63,465 nucleotides of DNA, taken from a virus. Lineage: Duplodnaviria; Caudoviricetes. The stretch spans positions 1 through 63,465 of the IMG/VR virus record IMGVR_UViG_3300027593_000199, one strand, 5' to 3'. Every line of letters begins with the position of its first letter. Within the stretch, counting starts at the first letter, position 1. The notes under the pieces are model-generated. The model was not told where the DNA came from. It worked only from the letters and a program-made list of their open reading frames with translations, and ran no database searches. Positions 46,175-56,000 of this stretch are shown in pieces. The translations under genes and the position numbers were made by a program.

Positions 46175-46570
46175 TTAATCGTCTAAACTTAGGTGCTTCA
46201 AACCTGAAGTAGCCTGCTTTAGTACTTTAGCATGAACCTCTGGAGGAAGAGTAGGATGTGCTTGCTTCAAATCTCTCTTAATATCCTTTGCGGTAGGATC
46301 AAGGTTTCTCTTGCTAGCTGGATTAGAAACAAAGTTAATTTTATGACCATCCATCTTACCGTGAAACTTGATATTACCTGGATCTTCATTGTGATGAGTC
46401 ATGGTTAAATGGCTACTACCACTATTGTGAAGAACTCTATGAGTTATATCTCCATCACTACTGAAACGAACACTACCTTCTTTAGCAGCCTCTTCTAAAG
46501 ATCTCATCCCAATGGTTTTAGTCTTCTTTTCGTGTATTGAAATGTACTGTGAGTACTTATCGATTGACAT
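46175..46570 (-). CDS. His-rich small late protein
   Basis: AAGGAG RBS before MSIDKY; own late promoter and terminator. Confidence 0.7.
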   Translation of the reverse strand: MSIDKYSQYISIHEKKTKTIGMRSLEEAAKEGSVRFSSDGDITHRVLHNSGSSHLTMTHHNEDPGNIKFHGKMDGHKINFVSNPASKRNLDPTAKDIKRDLKQAHPTLPPEVHAKVLKQATSGLKHLSLDD

Positions 46571-46608
46571 TCTTTTCTCCTTCAAATGCGACTTATTCAG
46601 TAATATAC

Positions 46609-46616
46609 TATTTATA
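46609..46616 (-). promoter_or_regulatory. T4-type late promoter
   Basis: Exact TATAAATA. Confidence 0.8.
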
Positions 46617-46618
46617 AG

Positions 46619-47173
46619 TTAGAAAATTGCGTCCGCTACACCCAAATCTACACATTCCTGCGCAGTTAACCAAACATCTGATGGTGGCAGCAGCTTTCGC
46701 TTAATCACCTTCTCATCCATTGAACAGCTATCTTTTACAATATCCAGCATACGCTGTTTAATATACTTCGTCTCTTTTTCATATGCCTTAGCATCATGCT
46801 CTTTACCTTCATAATAGGTAGAGAACTGGTGGCACATAACGCTTGTGTTTTTAGTAACTCTACGACGACCTTTGGTACCAGTAATGAATATCAAGAATGC
46901 AGCACTCATTAGTGAGCCTACACCAATTGTTGCAACAGGTATCTTACTAGCCTTGATCATATCAATCAAACCAAAAGCACTATAAAGATCCCCACCAGGA
47001 CTATTAATTACAAGAGTAAGTTCTTTACGTTTACCTTCGCAATTTTCAGCCATAATCCATCTAATACAATCACCTATGTTATCATCGTTAATTTCACTAG
47101 AGAGATAAAATGTGCCACTCTCATATAGTACCATGTCGATACTATCCAATACATTTGAAGCTTCACTAGTCAT
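46619..47173 (-). CDS. clpP: ClpP-family protease
   Basis: INSPGG, MSAA (Ser), MCHQ (His), DVWLTAQECVDLGVAD; probable start MTSEAS. Confidence 0.88.
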   Translation of the reverse strand: MTSEASNVLDSIDMVLYESGTFYLSSEINDDNIGDCIRWIMAENCEGKRKELTLVINSPGGDLYSAFGLIDMIKASKIPVATIGVGSLMSAAFLIFITGTKGRRRVTKNTSVMCHQFSTYYEGKEHDAKAYEKETKYIKQRMLDIVKDSCSMDEKVIKRKLLPPSDVWLTAQECVDLGVADAIF

Positions 47174-47183
47174 AAAATTCCTA

Positions 47184-47666
47184 TCAAGGAGGGCAGTTAA
47201 TAGTCTTAGCAGCGTCAACTACAACCTTATCGCTACTACCTTGTTTACGAAGGTACGAAGCTTGAAGGTCATATGCTTCACGTTCCTTCTTATACCAAAC
47301 ATCACAGGTTCTAGTACTACCCTGTCTTACATACTGAACATGATGTACCATCTCGTGGAAAATAATGGATCTCCACAAAGGGTGCTTTGCATCATAATCT
47401 TCATCAAAATATATCGCACCATCTTTATATATGGCGGTTACAGTATCACACTTAGGTGCACCTTCGCAGTATAGTGCTTGTAGATCTTTCTCGTTAAGTG
47501 AGTACATACGCGGCATAGGAACAGAGCCTTCATACTTCATCATCTTCTTGGCTTCTTCCAATAACGATATCATCGCAGGGGAAGGAGTAATAGTATACTG
47601 CGTCTTAGGAGCAGCAACTGCCAGCGTAGATATACATAATAAAATAGTAACTAAAAGGCGTGTCAT
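47184..47666 (-). CDS. Exported HExxH zincin-like protein
   Basis: Signal peptide MTRLLVTILLC...; FHEMVHHVQ...EREAY. Confidence 0.7.
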   Translation of the reverse strand: MTRLLVTILLCISTLAVAAPKTQYTITPSPAMISLLEEAKKMMKYEGSVPMPRMYSLNEKDLQALYCEGAPKCDTVTAIYKDGAIYFDEDYDAKHPLWRSIIFHEMVHHVQYVRQGSTRTCDVWYKKEREAYDLQASYLRKQGSSDKVVVDAAKTINCPP

Positions 47667-47696
47667 AGATATTCCCAATGAGTTGTCAGTATTATA

Positions 47697-47725
47697 ATTA
47701 TACGGGAATGGTGAAAAAAGGTCAA
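47697..47725 (-). promoter_or_regulatory. Sigma70 promoter
   Basis: TTGACC-17-TATAAT. Confidence 0.8.
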
Positions 47726-47759
47726 CGGTTAAACACCGCATAGAACGTGGTATTTATTA

Positions 47760-48209
47760 TTATTCGAACTGCAATCTACCAGTCGCATAACACTCAGAAA
47801 GGAAGTCGTGATAAAGGTCTTCATCAATACTAAACGCTTCTTTTTCCCACGGTTGATCACTGTATTTGACATTACGATACCGCTTACCCATCCACACATC
47901 AACAATATCATCTTTTACATATATTATCTTGAGCTCTTTTTGAACGTACTGTTTGACATGGACTATCTCGTGAGCTAATGTGATTAGAGCTAACTCAAGT
48001 GACATTCCTTTCTTGAGTTCAATTAAATACTTAGAAGCACTCACTCTTTCACATGATCCATCAGAGTCCATTGAATCATATCCGATGATATCAATTTGAA
48101 GTTTTGATCGTTTATCTGATGGAATAAGCTGTTGAAGATAGAAGTCAGCAGCTTCACGGATATATCTAATCAGTGTCCTGTCTTTGAACTTTCTTGTCTT
48201 TATTTTCAT
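47760..48209 (-). CDS. HExxH metallopeptidase-like protein
   Basis: TLAHEIVHVKQY...QPWEKEA. Confidence 0.8.
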   Translation of the reverse strand: MKIKTRKFKDRTLIRYIREAADFYLQQLIPSDKRSKLQIDIIGYDSMDSDGSCERVSASKYLIELKKGMSLELALITLAHEIVHVKQYVQKELKIIYVKDDIVDVWMGKRYRNVKYSDQPWEKEAFSIDEDLYHDFLSECYATGRLQFE

Positions 48210-48355
48210 TTTGTGCTTTGATTTCTCGCATTGCTAAAATTACATCAACAGGAAGGTCAAACAATTTCCTTAGATAGACATAAGCTGTCTTAACAGTTAA
48301 TAGAATTATTGAGAGGAATAATACCCATGTAAAGTTTATTAGGAAGCCGATCATA

Positions 48356-49744
48356 TTAACTAAATGTGCTAAACGCATCTTTGAATTTACTCTTTTCTGA
48401 TTTTAGTCGTAGTCCAGTATCAGACTTATCAAATACGGGACCATCATCAACTACATCTTCTTGAGCGCTCTGTTCTACATCATACAGCCTCATTTTAGAT
48501 TTATCAACGCCTATAACAAATCTTCTATGAATACCTGGATCACCAAAACGGTTCTTTAACTGCTTGACCATAAATTGGTTTAGTTCTTGTAACTCCTCTG
48601 AACTTATTAGTGCGACCATAAAGTCAGCAGTGGCTGGTAAACCAAAGGACTCTGATGTATCTTCTAACCCAAGATCACTACTTGTAAAACCACTTCTGGT
48701 TGTCTGAGTAGCTGTAACTATGGGTACATCAAACTCGACAGCAAGACCACGAAGTTCTTCTGCAATTGCCTTAATGTATGTATATGAGTTTACATTCGCC
48801 CCATATTTTAATCTTGAAGATACACATATGTTTAGATAGTCGATATAGATTATATCTGGTTTGAAGTTTCTCTTTAACTTTAACTCATTGAGAAGATGGC
48901 GCATATGTCCAGCACCAGCAGAAGCTGTAGGATACTCTTTAATAATCAACTTACCATTAGTCTTCTCACGAACACGATCAATTTTCTTTTGATATGAATC
49001 ACGAGGTAGCAGTGATAAATCATCTACCGTAACATTGAGCATGTTAGCATCAATACGTTCTGCAATACGCTCTTCAGCCATCTCCATTGTTACATAAAGA
49101 ACATTAAGACCTTTGGAAAGGTTAGATGCAGCACAATGACACATGAAGAGAGACTTACCAACACCAGTACCAGCAAGTACAACATTAAGAGTTTTATTCG
49201 GTAGTCCACCTTTGGTAATCTTATTAAAGTACTCCAAGTCAAAAGGGACACGTTTTTCTTTCTTATGGTAAAAGTCATATCGGGAATCATAGTCTTCTAA
49301 GAAGTCATGTCCGATATGTGAATCGAATGATACAGCAAGAGCATCAGACAGCAGCTGTGGTATTGCTCCCTTACTATGTGCATCCTTATCACCATCAAGA
49401 ATCTGGATCGATTTCATGACAGCATTATAGATTGCTTTATCTTGACAGAACTTCTCTGTCTGATTAACTAGCCACTCCATGTTAGTGTTAGGAGTATCAT
49501 CCAACTCACCAACCATTGTTTCTAACTCACTAAAGTAACCAGCTATCTCTCTATTATTATCAAGCTCGATAATGAGAGCTTCTTTAGTTGGGAACTTGTT
49601 ATACTCCTTAACAAACCCATCAATGCCTTCATATAGAGCTCTTACAGTTTTATCCTGAAAGTATTCAGACTTTAAAAAAGGAATGGCCTTGCGGCCATAC
49701 TCCTCATTATTTAATAGGCTGGAAAGTATTAGTTTCTCTATCAT
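48356..49744 (-). CDS. gp41: Replicative helicase (T4 gp41)
   Basis: AGTGVGKS, IIKEYPT, IDYLNIC, SESFGLPATAD, KQLKNR. Confidence 0.96.
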   Translation of the reverse strand: MIEKLILSSLLNNEEYGRKAIPFLKSEYFQDKTVRALYEGIDGFVKEYNKFPTKEALIIELDNNREIAGYFSELETMVGELDDTPNTNMEWLVNQTEKFCQDKAIYNAVMKSIQILDGDKDAHSKGAIPQLLSDALAVSFDSHIGHDFLEDYDSRYDFYHKKEKRVPFDLEYFNKITKGGLPNKTLNVVLAGTGVGKSLFMCHCAASNLSKGLNVLYVTMEMAEERIAERIDANMLNVTVDDLSLLPRDSYQKKIDRVREKTNGKLIIKEYPTASAGAGHMRHLLNELKLKRNFKPDIIYIDYLNICVSSRLKYGANVNSYTYIKAIAEELRGLAVEFDVPIVTATQTTRSGFTSSDLGLEDTSESFGLPATADFMVALISSEELQELNQFMVKQLKNRFGDPGIHRRFVIGVDKSKMRLYDVEQSAQEDVVDDGPVFDKSDTGLRLKSEKSKFKDAFSTFS

Positions 49745-49839
49745 ATTGTTCCAATGTAATTACACGAGTACCACTAGGTGTTTTTCCAAGATAGTCAAGT
49801 AGTTCTCTGTCATTAAAGAAGTACCTGAATCCTTCTGCA

Positions 49840-50895
49840 TTACTCTGACTCAGAAACTTGATCTTGTACTGCTCCGACTTGGGATCCATAACTATATTCC
49901 TTCTTTGCACATTCTTCAAGTTGATCTAAGATTTCTTGGGTGAAGTAGTTAGCAGGGTTAGTGTTGATCTCCTTACCAAATACTTTACGACCATCAGGGA
50001 GCTCATACCGTGTGGATACTTTCTTAATGATGTTGTACTTCTCTGCTAGTTCTAATAAACCAAAGTAGCGATCTAAGCCTTTGTCGTAAGTAAGTAACAC
50101 AGTTGCGTCTTGGTTCTCTTTTGAGAGTCTGGACTTGTATGTTTTGATTTTAATTTGGTTACCGATGATGTCACCATCTCCATCCTTTTCTTTCTTTTTG
50201 GAGAGCATAGCAATAGTGCTGGCAGCATACTTGAGACCTGTTCCGCCTCCGAGTTCTTTTGTGGGTACATAGGATCCAATCACTTCATAGACATGGTTAG
50301 TAACTAGCATTGGTACTTTCACCTTTGCCAACTTCAATGTCAGAACACGGAAAGCAGCTTTAATGACTTGCGACTTTGTCATATCCCTAACATCTTTACC
50401 ATCAAGAGAATCTTCCATCTCTTTTGATGTTGATAGTAATCCTAAGCTATCCAGAACGAACATCATCTTTGGACGAGTATCTTCTGGCTGCTTCTCATAA
50501 GCCTCTATTAACTTTAAGGCATGAGTCTTAAACTTTTGTATGGTATCTGGTTCTGCGATAATGACACGTGTAGTATCAATACCACGTGATTCCATCATTG
50601 CTTTCGTGACTGCTGCTTCGGTGTCGTAGTATACGACTGCTGCGTTTGGGTTCTTGTCAAGGAAGGCTCTAACGATACCAAGTACGAAGAAAGTTTTACC
50701 AGTAGCGGACTCTCCTGCAAAAGCAGTAATTTTGTTATCAGGTACGCCGCCATAGATGCTACCAGAGAGAAGAGCGTTGAGAATATAGCTGCCAGTATCA
50801 ATACAACCAGAATACTCAGCACTACCACCGCCGTCACTGGCCAAATAAGTATCCTCATCACCAATCTCCTTAATCAAACTTTTCAAAAAACTCAT
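49840..50895 (-). CDS. uvsX: RecA-like recombinase
   Basis: AGESATGKT, YDTE, LDSLG, RDMT, TNH, GGTG..YAAS. Confidence 0.95.
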   Translation of the reverse strand: MSFLKSLIKEIGDEDTYLASDGGGSAEYSGCIDTGSYILNALLSGSIYGGVPDNKITAFAGESATGKTFFVLGIVRAFLDKNPNAAVVYYDTEAAVTKAMMESRGIDTTRVIIAEPDTIQKFKTHALKLIEAYEKQPEDTRPKMMFVLDSLGLLSTSKEMEDSLDGKDVRDMTKSQVIKAAFRVLTLKLAKVKVPMLVTNHVYEVIGSYVPTKELGGGTGLKYAASTIAMLSKKKEKDGDGDIIGNQIKIKTYKSRLSKENQDATVLLTYDKGLDRYFGLLELAEKYNIIKKVSTRYELPDGRKVFGKEINTNPANYFTQEILDQLEECAKKEYSYGSQVGAVQDQVSESE

Positions 50896-50898
50896 ACT

Positions 50899-51120
50899 TT
50901 ATCCTTTACTCTTAGGTGCAAAACGCTCCGAGGCTGTAAAACCCAATCCACCAATCACAATGTAAACCATCGTATCATATAAAAACTGATCAATCTTTAG
51001 TCCCCATCCTAAATTGGCAATGAATGCTATACTACATAAAATGAATGCAAAGAAGGTAATGGTTCGTTTACTACTGATCTCGCCGTCACCATCTCCTAAC
51101 ATACTACTAAAGAAACTCAT
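50899..51120 (-). CDS. Two-TM small membrane protein (holin-like)
   Basis: SSKR..., two TMs, GLGFTASERF. Confidence 0.6.
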   Translation of the reverse strand: MSFFSSMLGDGDGEISSKRTITFFAFILCSIAFIANLGWGLKIDQFLYDTMVYIVIGGLGFTASERFAPKSKG

Positions 51121-52019
51121 GTTATCTTCCTTATCTGATTTTTATCTATCGTTACCTTACTACGGTTAATCTTTCCAGTCAACTCTTGTAACTTCTTGTG
51201 ACGTATCTCAGCAGCTTTGTCGATACCCTGTTCAAGATTATATCTTCTTGTTGTATTCATCTTGTTGATACGCTTCTGTCTAACCAATCCGTTATTAGCA
51301 GCAATCAATAACAACACTGCTAGCGGATCAAAAACAGTGACGATAATGATGATGACCCATCGTACCGTTTTCTCCAGAAACGAATCATCAGCCCTGTCCA
51401 CAAAGAGCTCTGCGATATACTTGATAGGACCGACCTCCTTCTCAATAGATTTAACTTGCGAGACAAGTGGGGCTTTCTCAACATTAAGTTTCCCGACCTC
51501 TGCTTGTAGAGTCGAAATCTCTTCCATGATTCTGCTACGTTCCTTCTGTTGGGAGCGTCTGATTGCAACTGCTCTCTCTGCACCCTTCGAGTCTTCTGTC
51601 CGTGCCATGACCTGTTCAACCGCCTGGTCAAACTGTTTAAGAAGTGTGCGATTGGCATCGATGTTTTCATTTATAGCCTTTATCTTCTCTTCGTAGATAC
51701 CTAGCTTAGCAGATACGTCACTTACAGATGCTGCTTGCTCTAAGTGTGCCTTTGATAGATATCCAAAAGTTCCCATTGATGTAATAATCATCAGTATTAT
51801 GATTGATGCAACGAGGTAATATCTGATGACGGCTGGAGCAGCTTTCCAGTTTCGATATGTCCATGATGTGGCAACCACCTTAGCTGCCTCCAACATTGAA
51901 CCCATTACAACAACAGGCCAAAAGGACGCAGCAAAGATAGCTGTCAAGCCAAGTATGGAAAAGTAGGCTGCTACAGAGGATAAACCAACGGCAACCAATA
52001 GGGCTAGGTAGTTAATCAT
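51117..52019 (-). CDS. Conserved phage membrane protein with coiled coil
   Basis: Three N-terminal TMs, GYLSKAH, EVGPIKYIAE, VFDPLAVLLLIA. Confidence 0.8.
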   Translation of the reverse strand: MINYLALLVAVGLSSVAAYFSILGLTAIFAASFWPVVVMGSMLEAAKVVATSWTYRNWKAAPAVIRYYLVASIIILMIITSMGTFGYLSKAHLEQAASVSDVSAKLGIYEEKIKAINENIDANRTLLKQFDQAVEQVMARTEDSKGAERAVAIRRSQQKERSRIMEEISTLQAEVGKLNVEKAPLVSQVKSIEKEVGPIKYIAELFVDRADDSFLEKTVRWVIIIIVTVFDPLAVLLLIAANNGLVRQKRINKMNTTRRYNLEQGIDKAAEIRHKKLQELTGKINRSKVTIDKNQIRKIT

Positions 52020-52311
52020 TTTCGACTATTTTGTTTACCTTTGCAATGAATGTGGTCATCTTCTTAGTCCTATCTGGCCAGTAGATATATTCCTTACTAT
52101 CATCTTTCTGCAGATTCATTAACAGAGGCATAATTAGTTTATAAAGAGCCTCCAGTTTATCTTTATACTCTTTGGAAGTCAACGATAATTCTTCTTCCTT
52201 CTGTTGAACTTGTTGTTGGAGCTGACGCTCCATTGATCTCAGTTCATCTTCGCTTACAGCTGAAAAGCCAAAGTCGTTACTATCATCTAACTCTATACTG
52301 ATTTTAGCCAT
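52012..52311 (-). CDS. Conserved hypothetical protein
   Basis: DFGFSAV...PLL.NL...KEYIYWPDR. Confidence 0.7.
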   Translation of the reverse strand: MAKISIELDDSNDFGFSAVSEDELRSMERQLQQQVQQKEEELSLTSKEYKDKLEALYKLIMPLLMNLQKDDSKEYIYWPDRTKKMTTFIAKVNKIVEND

Positions 52312-52318
52312 TGTAGTC

Positions 52319-54850
52319 CTATCCAAAGAATTGTTCTAGTGTTGCTCTACGGGTTTCGTTTATATCCCAGCCAATAACATCAAGGATACCTTTGATTGGA
52401 TCCAGGAACGACTTTTCGAATTGGATGTCGTAGTCAATGTAAGGTTCTATTTCGAACTCTCTGGGAATTGCTGATGCACAAGAAATAACTGTATCTCTTG
52501 CTGGGTTTGGTGTTTTTAGATATGCAAACTTGATTTTATCACCATCTCTTATGACCTGATATTTATTATCTAAATTACGTTCCTTCAATAGGTTATTATA
52601 TATCAGAGAGCCCTTCACATGGATTGGTGTAGACTTCTTGTATATTGAAGCAGGGTCTTGCCACTTCTTCATATCTCTTACTGATCTTGGGAAAGCAATA
52701 TCTTCAAAAGGTAAGAGCATGTACTCTTGTTTGAAATCTTTAACGAACTTCTTCATAGCTGGTTCATCTTGATTCATAATTACATCAAGAGCCTTCTTGA
52801 AGTTCTTTCTACAGATAGATGGTGTAGATGATCTGACAGCCTCAATACCTTGCATCTTTAACTTGGGCTGAGCATACGCAACGCCTTCGTTATTGTATAC
52901 GTTAAGAATGTAATGCTTCTTACCTGTCCATATTCCTTTGTTAGCAATCGCTTCACGCTTCATGATCATCTTCTGTTTCATTACAAGCATGTAATCTGCT
53001 AGTTCACCAAAAGTGTTATCAATGAATGGCTGTAGCTTCTTTTCACAAACATCATCTAAGAACTTGACAACCTTTTGATGATCGGTACCATCTTCAAACG
53101 TAGTCTTTACCAATCTATCAAGCCGGATATACATGGAGTCCGTATCACAGGCAATTACATAATCCTCATTATCCGTTTTGAATATCTTGTTTAAGTATTG
53201 GTTAATATTCTTTTCCATCCAACGAATGGATAGTTGACCAGACATTGTAATAGCTTCTGCGAGATCACGTTGATACCATCTAAAGTATACATTACCAAGA
53301 GCACCATAAGCAGAGTTTAATTGAATCTTCTTTGCCATCTGCATATTGTTACAACGTGCAATCTCATTCTCTAGCTCACGTGTTGGACTCTTCTCATATA
53401 ACTTCTTTGCTTCGATCATTCTCTTCTTCCATGCAGAACGATCGTTATACATTGTTTCCATAAGCTCTGCTAAGAAACCAACACTCTCTTTAGAGAAGAT
53501 AGCACCGTTAGGAGTGATCGTACAGTTATTCTCTTTCAGCTTTTGTTGTAGCTCATCACCCATTCCACGATCAAGCATTCGCTCTATTGTAATGTCTTCC
53601 TTCATAGCTACAAAGGTATCAGGACTAATATTGTACTGCATGATCAAATGCGGATAGAGAGAGTTCAAGTCGAACGAGCAAACCCAATCATGTAACCCAA
53701 CCTGTGGATCTTTGACGTAAGCTCCAACAATAGGACCAAGTTCTTTATCAACAGCACTACGATGTTCCAACTCAGGTCTCTCAACGTTAGGTACGATGAT
53801 ACCACGATCCATCAAGTAGTTTGTAATGATGATATCCCAGATACGGACAGTAGTGAACGTATCGGCGTAGTTTACTTTAGCATCATAAGCAATAGCAAAT
53901 ACTTGCTCGATGAACTTCAGCTTCTCTTCTAGCTTATCAACAAGAACAACGTCGTGGATGTTATAGTCTACAAACTTTTCAAAGTTCTGCATATAGAAAT
54001 CATGCATAGTCTCATACTCAGAATAGTCTAGCTTCTTTTCACCAAGTTCATACTCTGCAATATGATCTAACTTATATGATTCTTGTGGAGTGTATGAGAA
54101 CTTCTTATAGAGTGCTAAGTAATCAAGAACAGCAATACCATTCAACTCATATACGACAAGGTTACTATCACCACCAACAGCGCGCTCCCATACCATTCCC
54201 CATGGTGATAGTCTATCTGCTTCTTTCTTACCAAGTATGTTTGTGATTCGACGATACAGATAAGGTATATCGAAGTACTCAATATTCCAACCAGTAACTA
54301 CATCTGGTTTCCATTTAGAAGAATTCCATATCATAAGGAACTTGGTTAGAAGATCAACCTCATTCTTACATTGGAAGTAGGAAACATCTTCTGACTTTGG
54401 AGTGTAAGGTCTGGTACCAAGTACTACCACTTTACCCTTCTTACGAATAGATAAAGTAATGATTTCTTTGTCAGCCAACTTATGGTCAGGGAAGCCACCC
54501 TGTGTAGATGTTTCGATATCGAGTGACACTACAGATATCTGATCAACATCGTAGTTCACCTCACCTTGGTAGAAATCATAGATTGCTTGATATGTGAAGA
54601 GGTTGGATCCATGGATTTGGAATCCATCAACACCAGCGTAAGTTTTAATAAACTCTTTAGCTATCTTGACACTATCAAAGTCCATACGGGATACATGCTT
54701 CCCATCTAGAGTCTTGTATTTTGTTGGTTTGTTTGAATTGACAAATAGGTATGGCTGATAGGGTGCTTTCAACTCAAAGCGTTGACCGTTGTTATACCCA
54801 CTCGTATAAACATTATCACCAGCAACAAACACATTAGTATAGAAACGCAT
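52319..54850 (-). CDS. gp43: Family B DNA polymerase (T4 gp43)
   Basis: DIET, GWN..YFDIPY, SFDLNSLYPH, KIQLNSAYG, DTDS; uninterrupted. Confidence 0.97.
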   Translation of the reverse strand: MRFYTNVFVAGDNVYTSGYNNGQRFELKAPYQPYLFVNSNKPTKYKTLDGKHVSRMDFDSVKIAKEFIKTYAGVDGFQIHGSNLFTYQAIYDFYQGEVNYDVDQISVVSLDIETSTQGGFPDHKLADKEIITLSIRKKGKVVVLGTRPYTPKSEDVSYFQCKNEVDLLTKFLMIWNSSKWKPDVVTGWNIEYFDIPYLYRRITNILGKKEADRLSPWGMVWERAVGGDSNLVVYELNGIAVLDYLALYKKFSYTPQESYKLDHIAEYELGEKKLDYSEYETMHDFYMQNFEKFVDYNIHDVVLVDKLEEKLKFIEQVFAIAYDAKVNYADTFTTVRIWDIIITNYLMDRGIIVPNVERPELEHRSAVDKELGPIVGAYVKDPQVGLHDWVCSFDLNSLYPHLIMQYNISPDTFVAMKEDITIERMLDRGMGDELQQKLKENNCTITPNGAIFSKESVGFLAELMETMYNDRSAWKKRMIEAKKLYEKSPTRELENEIARCNNMQMAKKIQLNSAYGALGNVYFRWYQRDLAEAITMSGQLSIRWMEKNINQYLNKIFKTDNEDYVIACDTDSMYIRLDRLVKTTFEDGTDHQKVVKFLDDVCEKKLQPFIDNTFGELADYMLVMKQKMIMKREAIANKGIWTGKKHYILNVYNNEGVAYAQPKLKMQGIEAVRSSTPSICRKNFKKALDVIMNQDEPAMKKFVKDFKQEYMLLPFEDIAFPRSVRDMKKWQDPASIYKKSTPIHVKGSLIYNNLLKERNLDNKYQVIRDGDKIKFAYLKTPNPARDTVISCASAIPREFEIEPYIDYDIQFEKSFLDPIKGILDVIGWDINETRRATLEQFFG

Positions 54851-54871
54851 GTAGCCTCACTTAAAACAACC

Positions 54872-54900
54872 ATTATACAGCAAAAATAATATTACTTCAA
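54872..54900 (-). promoter_or_regulatory. Sigma70 promoter for gp43
   Basis: TTGAAG-17-TATAAT. Confidence 0.65.
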
Positions 54901-55182
54901 CGATCCTGCAGAAGCGATCTGAATACCAGAGCCGAACATCTTGTTATAGTTGTTTCGAAGATCTATAGATGGTTCAAAGGATGTGATGATATGCTCATTC
55001 TTAAATGAGAACTTACTTTCCTCTGCATATGGAGCAAAGGGATACAGGGACATACCAACCCCAGTTTGAGTAGGTACTAGTTGAACAACACCAACGTTTG
55101 TGAGTGTAACATATGCTGGTTGAATCTCAATCTCACCAATAATTTCTTCACCGGTGATTAATTTGATTACTGCGATTGTCAT
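54892..55182 (-). CDS. Conserved T4-like small protein (Sm-like)
   Basis: IKLITGEEII...YNKMFGSGI. Confidence 0.75.
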   Translation of the reverse strand: MTIAVIKLITGEEIIGEIEIQPAYVTLTNVGVVQLVPTQTGVGMSLYPFAPYAEESKFSFKNEHIITSFEPSIDLRNNYNKMFGSGIQIASAGSLK

Positions 55183-55199
55183 TATGATTCCTTAATTAA

Positions 55200-55220
55200 G
55201 AGGGGACACGAAGTCCCCTC
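55200..55220 (-). terminator. UUCG-type hairpin after hsp20 operon
   Basis: GAGGGGAC-TTCGT-GTCCCCTC. Confidence 0.65.
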
Positions 55221-55226
55221 GTTCAG

Positions 55227-55382
55227 TTAAATCATACCCCTACGTTGTAGAAGTGTGATACGTCTTTCGACATCATAGTGATCTTTGGACTCTGCTAAGT
55301 AGTCCTCGATCTCTTTCCTATATTGCGGAGTAAATGTTTTCTTGACCCATGACCAAAATTCGTCGATGGTTACAGAACTCAT
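55227..55382 (-). CDS. Small protein, DUF3563-like (51 aa, not in ORF track)
   Basis: Read by hand: MSSVTIDEFWSWVKKTF...EDYLAESKDHYDVERRITLLQRRGMI. Confidence 0.65.
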   Translation of the reverse strand: MSSVTIDEFWSWVKKTFTPQYRKEIEDYLAESKDHYDVERRITLLQRRGMI

Positions 55383-55906
55383 TTATCCTCCACTAGGTAC
55401 TCTTTTGAAGTTGGAGTCTTTTCGTTGATTGGAATAGACTTAGGCTTCTTGTGCTCAGGAATAATCCTTTCCAAGAATACTTTAAGCATACCGTTCAACA
55501 GTTCAGCATTCTTAACTTCAACTTGATCGTTGAGAACAAATGTACGAGTGAACGCACGATTTGCAATACCCTTCCAAAGATACATTGCATCTTCTTTGGT
55601 TTCGTTTTCGGCACCATCAGTAAGACCAGTGACGATTAGTTTATCATCTTCAAGATCAATCTTAATGTTCTGTTTTGCGAAACCAGCAACAGCAAGCTCA
55701 ATCTCATAAGAGTTATCGTCTGTCTTCTTAATGTTGTACGGTGGGTAGTTAGGAATGTTTTTTGTTACTTCGTCGTGCAGTTTAGCCATCTTATTGAAAG
55801 ACTCGTCGAAACCAACGAAGAACTTATCAATATCTTTTGTACCAAGTTTGAAACCGGGACCGAAAGCAATGGAATTAGCTAATGCAGAAAATGCGTCTTT
55901 AGTCAT
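55379..55906 (-). CDS. hsp20: Small heat-shock protein (Hsp20/IbpA-like)
   Basis: NYPPYNI, IELAVAGF, KGIANRAFTRTF, NGML. Confidence 0.93.
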   Translation of the reverse strand: MTKDAFSALANSIAFGPGFKLGTKDIDKFFVGFDESFNKMAKLHDEVTKNIPNYPPYNIKKTDDNSYEIELAVAGFAKQNIKIDLEDDKLIVTGLTDGAENETKEDAMYLWKGIANRAFTRTFVLNDQVEVKNAELLNGMLKVFLERIIPEHKKPKSIPINEKTPTSKEYLVEDK

Positions 55907-55910
55907 GAAG

Positions 55911-55968
55911 ACCTCCTATTAAGCAAGGTTAAAATAAATTGAAGTGTACCCCCGAAGGCAGTACACTC
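55911..55968 (-). promoter_or_regulatory. ROSE-like RNA thermometer in hsp20 5' UTR
   Basis: ACCTTGCT-TAAT-AGGAGGT: UUGCU with bulged G paired to the SD, preceded by a UUCG hairpin. Confidence 0.7.
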
Positions 55969-55969
55969 C

Positions 55970-56000
55970 TATTTATACATCAGTCACATCTGGAAGTCAA
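55970..56000 (-). promoter_or_regulatory. Overlapping sigma70 and late promoter for hsp20
   Basis: TTGACT-17-TATAAA; the -10 is part of TATAAATA. Confidence 0.7.

Noticed and set aside
48166-48378. 70-aa hydrophobic ORF between gp41 and the peptidase (and 49707-49919 between uvsX and gp41)
   Set aside because: Probably real small genes with shorter starts, but start sites and function could not be supported, so they were not listed
20522-54850. Introns or inteins in nrdA, nrdB, thyX, gp41, uvsX or gp43; stop-codon reassignment
   Set aside because: All are uninterrupted, of ordinary length and end at standard stops
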